48,137 bases of DNA from a virus (lineage: Duplodnaviria > Caudoviricetes). The notes under the pieces are model-generated. The model searched no databases. It was given only the letters and a program-made list of their open reading frames with translations, and was not told the DNA's origin. Positions 31,151 through 38,298 of the stretch are shown here, piece after piece; the stretch's first letter is position 1; each line of letters begins with the position of its first letter. The DNA lies in the IMG/VR virus record IMGVR_UViG_3300020366_000010, positions 1-48,137 of that record; one strand, 5' to 3'. The position numbers and the translations under genes are program-made.

Positions 31151-33055
31151 TTATTTCCTCTCTAAATCTCCGTTTGAGTAACTTGATGTATAGAAATCTC
31201 TTGTGAATGTGACGCCAGAAATGTCTTCACCAGATGCAATGACATCTTTAACCATATTTATCTTACTATCTGAAACGCTCAGACTCAAATAAAGATCTTT
31301 GAGTCCGACAACATCATTAGAATCTGGGACTGCTTGAATCTCAACAATGTCGTTTGGTCTCTGTGTTGAGACAATATTTACAGTACTAAGATTGATTTCT
31401 CCTTTTAGATAATCAACTGTTCCTGCTTCCTTTGCAACAACAATACTTTCACCCTTATCATTCACTTTAACAAGTGAAATAATTCCAGTTTTTAAGTCAG
31501 TATTGGGAACATCAACCATGAATACTTCACTCTCTTCCCCAGCAACTTTGAATCTTGTAGACTTAATATTAAATCCATTTGGTTTTACATTAAATCTATT
31601 ACCAAAACAAAGTTCATACTGTGCGAATTGATTGACTAATGCCTTCAGATCTCTTCTAATAATGATTTTTGTAATATTAGAAGTGATTGCATCATCAACT
31701 CTATCAATCAATTGCAGCACTTTACTGTATTTGAATCTTCCACCAAAGCGATTCATGTCAACATTCTTGGAATATGAGTTCAAAACGTCAGTAACATTCG
31801 TTTTGAGGTCACTTGCATTCGATGCTTTGGATACATCATAGTAAATTGTCGAATCAAGTTCCACGTAAAGAACTTTCAGATCAACAATTTGCTGATTGAT
31901 ACCCGCAATTGAGTATTGCTTCAGTTTACTAAGAATATTTTGCTTGTCAAAGTCAGAAACAAACGTTCCATTCTTTGGTTTTATGCTAATTTGGACTGTT
32001 CCAAACTTAGGAGGTGATAATTCTTCTCCACCAACCACTGCAACTGACTCTGTGTTGGGATATACTTCCGAAATAATTGCTTCATAGTCCCTTGCAGTGA
32101 CTGCTCTGTACTGAGCAGAGTATAAACGAGGCGCAAAGTACTTAATTGAAGAAACATCTTCAATTTCTCCACCATTTTGTGCCTTTTGAACCGTATTTAC
32201 GGTGATAGAACCACTTGGAATGACTGATACTCCACCTTCATCAACAAATGAACCTTGGAAATCAAATATCGATGGTCCGTTTCCTGCTGCACCATCAGTT
32301 ACAAGGTATCTTACAGTGATTACAGCGTTATTTTCTAATTTTTTACCAAAATATCCGTCACCAAACAGAAGTTCGTATCTTTCATCCTGAACTTCTTGTA
32401 ATAAGAACACTTCAGAGTTCTTATTTAAGTTTAAAATGTTGTCAATTTGCTTAAATTCCCGTCCTAAACCAGAATCACCGATTCCTCTAACATAACATCT
32501 GATTGTAGAGGTATCAATACTTGGATTGTCAAGGATAAAACGCTGATCAACAGAAGTATTGACCAAAAATTGCCTTGAAAGCATGGAACCTTGCAAGACT
32601 TCTCTTGGTAAATCTGCTGTTCCAAACTGTGCTACCCCATTTTTGACACCAACAGTCAAATCTTCTGGGATAGAAAAGCGATATGATGAGTTATCAGTCA
32701 CTCCAATGCACACCAGACCCGCTTGAAGCGTCAAAGTACCACTAGTAGTGGTAGTGGGTACGTTAAACCATACATTTGCCTTAGCGGCGCTCCTAGAGCG
32801 AGGTACATAACCAATGTTTCGCGCCAAAGAAACGACATTTTCACGAACTGTAGCACCATCCAGGAAGGATTCATTGACTACAAGGTTCGCATTAAATGCG
32901 TTAATGTAAGTATTGTACGCTAAAGTGTCAATAAGGACCGCAAAGTTAGACCCTTCAAAGTCAAAATCCGTGAAATTTGAATTTGCACGGAGATAATCTT
33001 TGATTTGAGCCTTGATTTGGTCAAAATCTAGGTTTGTAAACTGAGTAAAAGGCAT
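31151..33055 (-). CDS. gp6: Baseplate wedge subunit
   Basis: LDFDQIK..IKDYL, DFDFEGSN..VLID.LAYNTY, RENVVSLARNIGYVPRS, Q.RAVTARDYE motifs. Confidence 0.95.
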   Translation of the reverse strand: MPFTQFTNLDFDQIKAQIKDYLRANSNFTDFDFEGSNFAVLIDTLAYNTYINAFNANLVVNESFLDGATVRENVVSLARNIGYVPRSRSAAKANVWFNVPTTTTSGTLTLQAGLVCIGVTDNSSYRFSIPEDLTVGVKNGVAQFGTADLPREVLQGSMLSRQFLVNTSVDQRFILDNPSIDTSTIRCYVRGIGDSGLGREFKQIDNILNLNKNSEVFLLQEVQDERYELLFGDGYFGKKLENNAVITVRYLVTDGAAGNGPSIFDFQGSFVDEGGVSVIPSGSITVNTVQKAQNGGEIEDVSSIKYFAPRLYSAQYRAVTARDYEAIISEVYPNTESVAVVGGEELSPPKFGTVQISIKPKNGTFVSDFDKQNILSKLKQYSIAGINQQIVDLKVLYVELDSTIYYDVSKASNASDLKTNVTDVLNSYSKNVDMNRFGGRFKYSKVLQLIDRVDDAITSNITKIIIRRDLKALVNQFAQYELCFGNRFNVKPNGFNIKSTRFKVAGEESEVFMVDVPNTDLKTGIISLVKVNDKGESIVVAKEAGTVDYLKGEINLSTVNIVSTQRPNDIVEIQAVPDSNDVVGLKDLYLSLSVSDSKINMVKDVIASGEDISGVTFTRDFYTSSYSNGDLERK

Positions 33056-33058
33056 ATC

Positions 33059-33460
33059 TTATCTGGTTGCCTCTAAAACGAATGAGAAGGCTTGAGGTGG
33101 TAAATCTAATCCAACAACATCAAAGTAAACATTCACATCAAAACTGTTATTATCGGGTCTGATATCAACTTGTACTTCAACATTTTCAACGCGAGGTTCA
33201 TAAAATTGAATAGTATCAAGAATTTGGTCTTCAATAATCTTTGTTGTCGTTACATCGACAAGTTCAAAAAGACTTGCACGAACATCAGACCCCAAATCAG
33301 AGTTGAAAAAACGCTCTGTGGGTATTGTTTCAACCAAATTGCGTACAGATCTAATGATTGCACGCTCATTTATGAGCACAGGGAGGTCCTTCGTCACAGG
33401 ATGTGGATCAAATGAGAAACTAATATCCTTAAATGCTCTGGAAACCCTTGCTGAAGGCAT
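33059..33460 (-). CDS. gp25: Baseplate wedge subunit (GPW/gp25 family)
   Basis: FKDISFSF..HPVT.D, AI.RSVRNLV.T..ERFF, YEPRV motifs. Confidence 0.95.
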   Translation of the reverse strand: MPSARVSRAFKDISFSFDPHPVTKDLPVLINERAIIRSVRNLVETIPTERFFNSDLGSDVRASLFELVDVTTTKIIEDQILDTIQFYEPRVENVEVQVDIRPDNNSFDVNVYFDVVGLDLPPQAFSFVLEATR

Positions 33461-33484
33461 TGAAATGGTAGATTTTTCTGAATT

Positions 33485-33492
33485 TATTTATA
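33485..33492 (-). promoter_or_regulatory. T4-type late promoter TATAAATA
   Basis: Exact consensus 24 nt upstream of gp25. Confidence 0.85.
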
Positions 33493-33495
33493 CCT

Positions 33496-33654
33496 TCACT
33501 CGCGATTTTGCTCTTCCTCAGTCAATTCTTCTGCTGCATCACTCGTTTCATGAGGTTTGGTCCAATAATCAGTAATCAAACTAGTCGTACCCCACATGCG
33601 GTACATATATTCAACATCTCTATCGACGTGATACTTAGACATCTGTTTCTCCAT
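33496..33654 (-). CDS. 52-aa hypothetical protein
   Basis: Manual translation MEKQMSKYHVDRDVEYMYRMWGTTSLITDYWTKP...EEEQNRE; AATAAATA at 33699-33706 upstream. Confidence 0.65.
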   Translation of the reverse strand: MEKQMSKYHVDRDVEYMYRMWGTTSLITDYWTKPHETSDAAEELTEEEQNRE

Positions 33655-33684
33655 CTTGGTTAAACAGAACTTTTAAAGGGGTTT

Positions 33685-34365
33685 CTATCCCTCATCGGTA
33701 TTTATTTCCTCCTCTTCTGCCCTTTCCTTTGCAGTCTTCCAATGATATTCATCTTCACGCCCCATACCAAGGCGGTCATAACCATTTTCTACTGAATAAT
33801 ATTGAGTTGATACCTTAAAGTCAGGCATCTTAGGATCAACTGGAGTCAAACTATTATCAAAGATACGCATTCTATTGTTTGGATACAGAGCATACTGCCC
33901 ATTCTCCAGTTCAATCAAGTTATGGGACTTATGTTCTGCTGGGTTTTCACTTGTCGCCCAGTCAACATAGTCTGGATCATGGTGATAATTATCGATTGTG
34001 CAGACGTAGGTACCTTTCATGATGCCATGGTCTCTGGTATAACATTCAAAGTCCATCGAACCAATAAACTTCTTATCTACTGATACAACCCCATAGTCCA
34101 TGCAATTCCAGAACTGTAGGTTAGGTAGACTCATATCAGGTTTTGGAGTCTCTGGGTCCGTTACAAAGGCGCTGATGGGCAACTTATCATACATTGCCGC
34201 ATATTCTGGTAAGTAGGTTTCAAAATAAAAAGCGCGTCCAGGTATCGACTTAACCGATACCCAAACGCCCTTTACAAATTCACCATGCCCAGATTGATGG
34301 TCGGTGAGATATTCTTTACGTACCCATACTTCCACTGAAGGAAGATTAGCAATCAAGCACGCCAT
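33685..34365 (-). CDS. Conserved hypothetical phage protein (226 aa)
   Basis: Full-length ORF with VRKEYL, KLPISAF, EHKSHN and YPNNR motifs. Confidence 0.85.
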   Translation of the reverse strand: MACLIANLPSVEVWVRKEYLTDHQSGHGEFVKGVWVSVKSIPGRAFYFETYLPEYAAMYDKLPISAFVTDPETPKPDMSLPNLQFWNCMDYGVVSVDKKFIGSMDFECYTRDHGIMKGTYVCTIDNYHHDPDYVDWATSENPAEHKSHNLIELENGQYALYPNNRMRIFDNSLTPVDPKMPDFKVSTQYYSVENGYDRLGMGREDEYHWKTAKERAEEEEINTDEG

Positions 34366-34386
34366 AACATTTGTTTACAACTGTGC

Positions 34387-34533
34387 TTATTTACCTTGTC
34401 CGCGATAGCACTTTTTAGCCTTATTGCGAGAAGACGCGGCGTATTTGGTATTCTTCCCTTGTCCTTGACGAGTTTTCTTCGGTTGTGACTCAATCATCAC
34501 TTGACCAGCGAGACCGATTTTTGCCCGTGCCAT
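34387..34533 (-). CDS. 48-aa very basic hypothetical protein
   Basis: Manual translation MARAKIGLAGQVMIESQPKKTRQGQGKNTKYAASSRNKAKKCYRGQGK. Confidence 0.7.
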   Translation of the reverse strand: MARAKIGLAGQVMIESQPKKTRQGQGKNTKYAASSRNKAKKCYRGQGK

Positions 34534-34535
34534 AA

Positions 34536-34700
34536 TTAATCCTCTGTAGTAATTTGTGTATCAAGCTCCGAGGGGTTCGGAGTACCTGACGAGTAGAAGT
34601 CCTCTGCCAGGTCTGCTAGTTTATCAAAGTATTGTTCTTGGGTCAAGCCCTCTGCAAGGACCTGACCCTTATGGAGAATTGTATAAAACTCCTGAGCCAT
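34536..34700 (-). CDS. 54-aa hypothetical protein (start corrected from the 142-aa track ORF)
   Basis: ATG at 34700 directly after the GT-like stop: MAQEFYTILHKGQVLAEGLTQEQYFDKLADLAEDFY... Confidence 0.7.
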   Translation of the reverse strand: MAQEFYTILHKGQVLAEGLTQEQYFDKLADLAEDFYSSGTPNPSELDTQITTED

Positions 34701-34701
34701 A

Positions 34702-35463
34702 TCAGATAACGCGAGATTTTTCGTGCCCGACTCTGATACGAGGATCGCACCAAATCTCAAATCCTGCCTCTTTTGCATCCAGACAGAATGATACATCCTC
34801 TCCACACATGTCTTGTACTTCACCAGACTCAAAGACCTGCATCTTAGGTGCAAACCATGGATAAGGCATACCTTCGTGTTCAAACACACCATTCTTGATG
34901 AGCAACCATCCAAAACCTGTGTAGTCCACAGTGAAGGGTTTCTTACGCTTCGCGATACTATCAAGAGTTTCGTGATTCATTACACCACCATTGTTGCGGA
35001 AGTCATCTTCTTCCAACCAGTGTGCAACCGATGTAGTCTGTCCATCTTCAGTGCAATACCATCCACCTGCAATGTCCTTATCCATCAGAATCAATTGATA
35101 GAACTTCTCAGTGTTAAACACAATGTCACTATCAATCCACAGTTGCCAATCATAGTTCAACTTACCATCCCATGGTTTCTGGTCAGGACCACGAAGAACA
35201 TTTGCACCTAAACACTTACATCGTGCAAAGTTCACCATGGAACTGTAGTCCTGGGAAATCTGGATACTTGCTCCTGCTTGTACCAGGTCAAAACAAAGTT
35301 GTACGAAGTTCTTCAGAAAGGTGTATGATACACCGCGACCTGGGAGACAGAATACAACGGTCTTTCCTTTGACCATCTCTCTTGCTAACGCAAAATCCCA
35401 TTCCGCCTCTGCAGGTTTCTTCACAACGGGAGACTTTGCTTTTACTGTAAATCCTTTTGCCAT
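34702..35463 (-). CDS. Glycosyltransferase family 2-like (GT-A fold) protein
   Basis: DxD motif LWIDSDIVF, VDYTGFGW.LI..GVFE, GEDVSFC and VGHEK motifs. Confidence 0.75.
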   Translation of the reverse strand: MAKGFTVKAKSPVVKKPAEAEWDFALAREMVKGKTVVFCLPGRGVSYTFLKNFVQLCFDLVQAGASIQISQDYSSMVNFARCKCLGANVLRGPDQKPWDGKLNYDWQLWIDSDIVFNTEKFYQLILMDKDIAGGWYCTEDGQTTSVAHWLEEDDFRNNGGVMNHETLDSIAKRKKPFTVDYTGFGWLLIKNGVFEHEGMPYPWFAPKMQVFESGEVQDMCGEDVSFCLDAKEAGFEIWCDPRIRVGHEKSRVI

Positions 35464-35533
35464 AACTTAAGTCAAGTTTGAATTTGAATCGATTCAAAAG
35501 TAATTATACTCCAAGTTTACTCTATTGTAAACC

Positions 35534-35701
35534 TCAGAGTTCGGTAATTACTATACTGTCACCATCTACTTCCATATTAATCTCTGTACCCTCATACCAC
35601 CCAAATTCGGAGATAAACCACTCAGGCACTTTGATGACGTATTCGCCAGTTACAGGATCAACCTCTACGGTCGAAAAATTTTCTCCGGGATTTTTTTGCA
35701 T
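35534..35701 (-). CDS. AbrB/MazE/SpoVT-type DNA-binding protein
   Basis: GEYVIKVPEWFISEFGWYEGTEINMEVDGDSIVI fits the swapped-hairpin pattern; start taken at MQKN. Confidence 0.7.
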   Translation of the reverse strand: MQKNPGENFSTVEVDPVTGEYVIKVPEWFISEFGWYEGTEINMEVDGDSIVITEL

Positions 35702-35849
35702 AGAAGTTATACCTATTTCCACTTTTGTTTTATATAGAAAAGTCTTGTGTTATACAAAGACCTCGCGAAAGCAAGACTTTATAGCTTACAGGGACCCATT
35801 GATTTTAGCCACACGCGCCGCACGGCGGCACCCCCCGCCAGGGGGGCAC

Positions 35850-35878
35850 TGCCTACCACGAACCCATAAGACTGTCAA
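35850..35878 (-). promoter_or_regulatory. Putative sigma70-type promoter TTGACA-N17-TAGGCA
   Basis: Perfect -35 and 17-nt spacer, weak TG-extended -10; points toward the AbrB/GT operon. Confidence 0.45.
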
Positions 35879-36072
35879 CCCATAAACCATGGGCGGTCGT
35901 CCAGTTCGTGGATTGGTCCCAACTCATCCACAGTGTTAATAACTGTGTCAGACCACAGGGATGCAGTGGTGAACAGTTGCACTGCCTGAACCCTGCTGTA
36001 GCAATCCCATGTCTCCGTGTGAGGTTTGCCGTCGCTGGTGGCGTGGATGACGTAGCGGTTGATGGTTTGCAT
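35875..36072 (-). CDS. Early hypothetical protein (65 aa)
   Basis: MQTINRYVIHATSDG...; TGgTAGGAT extended -10 at 36094-36102. Confidence 0.6.
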   Translation of the reverse strand: MQTINRYVIHATSDGKPHTETWDCYSRVQAVQLFTTASLWSDTVINTVDELGPIHELDDRPWFMG

Positions 36073-36104
36073 TGGTGCCTCTCGGTTGTGCATATCCTAC
36101 CATG

Positions 36105-36124
36105 AAAAGGGGGGAATCACCCCC
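36105..36124 (-). terminator. Intrinsic terminator
   Basis: GGGGG-TGATT-CCCCC-CTTTT on minus strand, overlapping the wHTH stop. Confidence 0.6.
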
Positions 36125-36416
36125 GAATCATGCGGGCGATCCACTCACGCTTGCGGAGGGGCAGCAGGCGGGTGTATTCAACCCAGCGGGGACCAAGTTC
36201 GTGACGCTTGATCAGTCCCTGTGCTGCCATCACCTTAAGGAGCATTGAGAGTCCTGTGCGTGCCTCATTAGGCATCCCCAGGGCAGCGTTGATGTCGGTG
36301 GGGCGCATCCCGTCCTGTGCCTGGCATCCTGTGCCGTTGTCCATGGGCAGGACAGACAGGATTGCCCACTGATAGGTGGCACCGAACTTGTTGCGCTTGG
36401 TGATGGGAGTGAACAT
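36117..36416 (-). CDS. Winged-helix DNA-binding protein (putative)
   Basis: AILSVL...MRPTDINAALG...LSMLLKVMAAQGLIKR...WVEY fits the wHTH pattern. Confidence 0.6.
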   Translation of the reverse strand: MFTPITKRNKFGATYQWAILSVLPMDNGTGCQAQDGMRPTDINAALGMPNEARTGLSMLLKVMAAQGLIKRHELGPRWVEYTRLLPLRKREWIARMIRG

Positions 36417-36438
36417 GTGCTTTGTTTGAACTGATCTA

Positions 36439-36496
36439 ATAATAAGGCATTAGGGGCATCGTGCCGCTTTATTGTGCCAGTTCCCGAACTGTCTAC
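36439..36496 (-). promoter_or_regulatory. Early promoter element 1: palindrome TGTGCCAGTT-cccg-AACTGTCTAC (36473-36496) plus -10 TATTAT
   Basis: 28 nt between palindrome and -10; leader TCAGTTCAAACAAA before the wHTH ATG. Confidence 0.75.
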
Positions 36497-36567
36497 AATC
36501 CGTCTGCCCATCCCATAAGATGCTAGGATGGGGGTAGACCCTCCGGTTGGGAGGGTTTGTGTTAATT

Positions 36568-36596
36568 AAGGGGGAGGATTGCCCTCCCCTTTGTTT
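36568..36596. terminator. Intrinsic terminator hairpin, possibly bidirectional
   Basis: GGGGAGG-attgc-CCTCCCC followed by TTTGTTT on +. Confidence 0.65.
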
Positions 36597-36605
36597 ATAT
36601 CTTAA

Positions 36606-37091
36606 TCAGAAATTATCGCAGAAAACGTGACCGTCTTCGATTGAATAATCGTAGTAAAGTTGATCCCAGGTTGCTTCCCAGTCAATAACAACAAACCCAG
36701 GGATGTCTACGCAGTAGCAATCACTAACCAGTGATTCTGCATAGTGTGCGCCTGATTCGTATTCTCCCTGGTAAGCATCTTCAAAATGCTCAACATTCTC
36801 CTCCCCATAAAGTTCAATGAACGCCTCAACTGCTTCGGCGGAGTAATTCTCAAGAGCGGCATTAATTGCCTCTTGATTATCAGGATCCTCTGCCTCAATC
36901 GTCTCCTCTTCGGTATCATCAACGGTAGGATCTTTTACCTCCAACAGTGCCATGTAGAAGTCGGTGAAATGGATCTTAGTGTTGTTGCCTTCTACCGTGC
37001 AATATCCGCAGGCGATGGCAATCTCCGAGCGGGTCTTGCCTTCCGCTTGCATCGCGGCGACGGTTTCCTTGAGAGCGATTCCTGTGAGCAT
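36606..37091 (-). CDS. Fusion of a cyAbrB-like N-terminal domain and an ArdA-like acidic antirestriction domain
   Basis: N-terminus LTG..L...V......R.E.A..CGY......FTDFY.ALL; C-terminus FEDAYQGEYES...YAE.LV.D......IDWEATW..L..DY....G.VF; strongly acidic. Confidence 0.7.
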   Translation of the reverse strand: MLTGIALKETVAAMQAEGKTRSEIAIACGYCTVEGNNTKIHFTDFYMALLEVKDPTVDDTEEETIEAEDPDNQEAINAALENYSAEAVEAFIELYGEENVEHFEDAYQGEYESGAHYAESLVSDCYCVDIPGFVVIDWEATWDQLYYDYSIEDGHVFCDNF

Positions 37092-37119
37092 TGGTCGGTC
37101 CTGTGTGTGAACTGAACTA

Positions 37120-37177
37120 ATAATAGGGCAAAAGGGGGAGTTGACTCCCCCCAGTGGACAGTGCTCAGACTGTCACA
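37120..37177 (-). promoter_or_regulatory. Early promoter element 2: GTGGACAGTG-ctca-GACTGTCACA (37154-37177) plus -10 TATTAT
   Basis: 28-nt spacer that itself contains a terminator hairpin. Confidence 0.75.
37130..37152 (-). terminator. Intrinsic terminator inside the promoter spacer
   Basis: GGGGGAG-TCAA-CTCCCCC-TTTT on minus strand just after the KTSC stop. Confidence 0.75.
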
Positions 37178-37371
37178 CGCTCAAGGGTTTCTTCCTTGAT
37201 CTGTGCATTAAGGAACTTGCCCTTAGATTCTGCACTGTTAAACATCATAACAAATTTTTCAACATCCGCCACGGTGTAGGTATAAGACCGCCCACCGTTG
37301 AACGTCACCAGCACTTGATCGCCATCGATAGCGACAGACTCAAGAGCGGAAGAATTGAAAGCGTTGATCAT
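37165..37371 (-). CDS. KTSC-domain-like protein
   Basis: SSALESV..D...LVTFNGGRSYTY...F.SAESKGKFLN..IK matches the KTSC pattern. Confidence 0.75.
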   Translation of the reverse strand: MINAFNSSALESVAIDGDQVLVTFNGGRSYTYTVADVEKFVMMFNSAESKGKFLNAQIKEETLERVTV

Positions 37372-37425
37372 GGTTTGAATGGTAAGGTTTTGGAGTCTTT
37401 AGGGCGCTGCCGTTCCCGTGTTCAA

Positions 37426-37485
37426 ATTATAGGGGATGAACGGGTCAGTGGCGGTCGCTGATGTTCCAGGTTCCGAACTGTCCAC
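37426..37485 (-). promoter_or_regulatory. Early promoter element 3: TGTTCCAGGT-tccg-AACTGTCCAC (37462-37485) plus -10 TATAAT
   Basis: 30-nt spacer. Confidence 0.7.
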
Positions 37486-37621
37486 GGGGGCGGGTTGCTT
37501 CCCACTTAGCAAACCACTGCTGCCGGAGTTCCCGCTCCCGCTTCTCCTGCTCCAGTACCTGAAGACCGATCTTCGTCAGTTCGGGGGATGATGCCCAGAT
37601 GCCGTTTGAATCGAATTTCAT
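37445..37621 (-). CDS. 58-aa early hypothetical protein
   Basis: Manual translation MKFDSNGIWASSPELTKIGLQVLEQEKRERELRQQWFAKWEATRPRGQFGTWNISDRH; follows promoter element 4. Confidence 0.7.
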   Translation of the reverse strand: MKFDSNGIWASSPELTKIGLQVLEQEKRERELRQQWFAKWEATRPRGQFGTWNISDRH

Positions 37622-37642
37622 GGGTTTGTTGCTTATGGGTTA

Positions 37643-37700
37643 ATTATACACACCCAGGCGGCGAAGCGCCCAGGTGTAGACCAGTTCGGAAAGTGTCACA
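37643..37700 (-). promoter_or_regulatory. Early promoter element 4: TAGACCAGTT-cgga-AAGTGTCACA (37677-37700) plus -10 TATAAT
   Basis: 28-nt spacer. Confidence 0.75.
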
Positions 37701-37869
37701 CGCACTCCCCGTATTCCATGTAGGTGTGCCCCAGGTAGTCTTCAACGTAGGCGTATGCCCCGGACTCCTGATGCATAGCGTAGCAGATGTCTGCCGCTGT
37801 GTAACAATCGGAAACCTCTTCCCGCTCATTGAGGGCAGGGCAGGCGACGAGGTAGTGACCAGTCCGCAT
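37696..37869 (-). CDS. 57-aa early hypothetical protein (start corrected)
   Basis: MRTGHYLVACPALNERE... begins just after the element-5 leader. Confidence 0.65.
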   Translation of the reverse strand: MRTGHYLVACPALNEREEVSDCYTAADICYAMHQESGAYAYVEDYLGHTYMEYGECV

Positions 37870-37892
37870 CGGTTGCTGTGTGAACTGAGCAC

Positions 37893-37951
37893 ATAATGAC
37901 CCAGATTCGGACCCAGCGCAAGGGGTAGTGGACAGTTCAGAAAGTGGCACA
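37893..37951 (-). promoter_or_regulatory. Early promoter element 5: GTGGACAGTT-caga-AAGTGGCACA (37928-37951) plus -10 CATTAT
   Basis: 29-nt spacer; leader TCAGTTCACACAG. Confidence 0.7.
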
Positions 37952-38062
37952 ACAACCTCCCATAGTGTCCCAATCCCTGGTATCTTATAGGAAATCAGAC
38001 GAGAGCGGGGGTACGCTTGATGACGAACCAGGTCGTCACTCACCCTGCCTTCCGGTAATCAT

Positions 38063-38085
38063 AAAAAAAGCGCCCATAAGGACGC
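38063..38085 (-). terminator. Intrinsic terminator
   Basis: GCGTCC-TTAT-GGGCGC-TTTTTTT on minus strand. Confidence 0.8.
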
Positions 38086-38086
38086 G

Positions 38087-38146
38087 GTGGACACTTGGCG
38101 AACTGGCACAGTCACCAGACTTCTACTGGTTCCTCTGTGCTAACTT
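38087..38146 (+). promoter_or_regulatory. Palindrome copy 6 GTGGACACTT-ggcg-AACTGGCACA (38087-38110) with plus-strand extended -10 TGcTAACTT
   Basis: 30 nt to the plus-strand -10; no correctly spaced minus-strand -10. Confidence 0.5.
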
Positions 38147-38264
38147 GGACCTGCTCATCACCTTCCAGACCTAGAATATCATTCCAATCGAATGATTCTA
38201 AGTCTAAGTCATCATAACACTCTATGTCAAGCGTGACGCGGACAGTTCGCTTAGTGGCATACAT
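38112..38264 (-). CDS. 50-aa acidic hypothetical protein
   Basis: Manual translation MYATKRTVRVTLDIECYDDLDLESFDWNDILGLEGDEQVQVSTEEPVEVW; followed by a terminator. Confidence 0.65.
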   Translation of the reverse strand: MYATKRTVRVTLDIECYDDLDLESFDWNDILGLEGDEQVQVSTEEPVEVW

Positions 38265-38295
38265 GGCGGGCGATGGCGTGTGGGTGTGCTACATT
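38238..38295 (+). promoter_or_regulatory. Palindrome copy 7 GCGGACAGTT-cgct-TAGTGGCATA (38238-38261) with plus-strand extended -10 TGcTACATT
   Basis: 28 nt to the plus-strand -10. Confidence 0.5.
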
Positions 38296-38298
38296 ATA

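Noticed and set aside
38201-38230. Minus-strand TTGACA-N18-TAGACT as a promoter
   Set aside because: Lies inside the 50-aa ORF (LDI codons) and has no gene downstream before the terminator; probably coincidental
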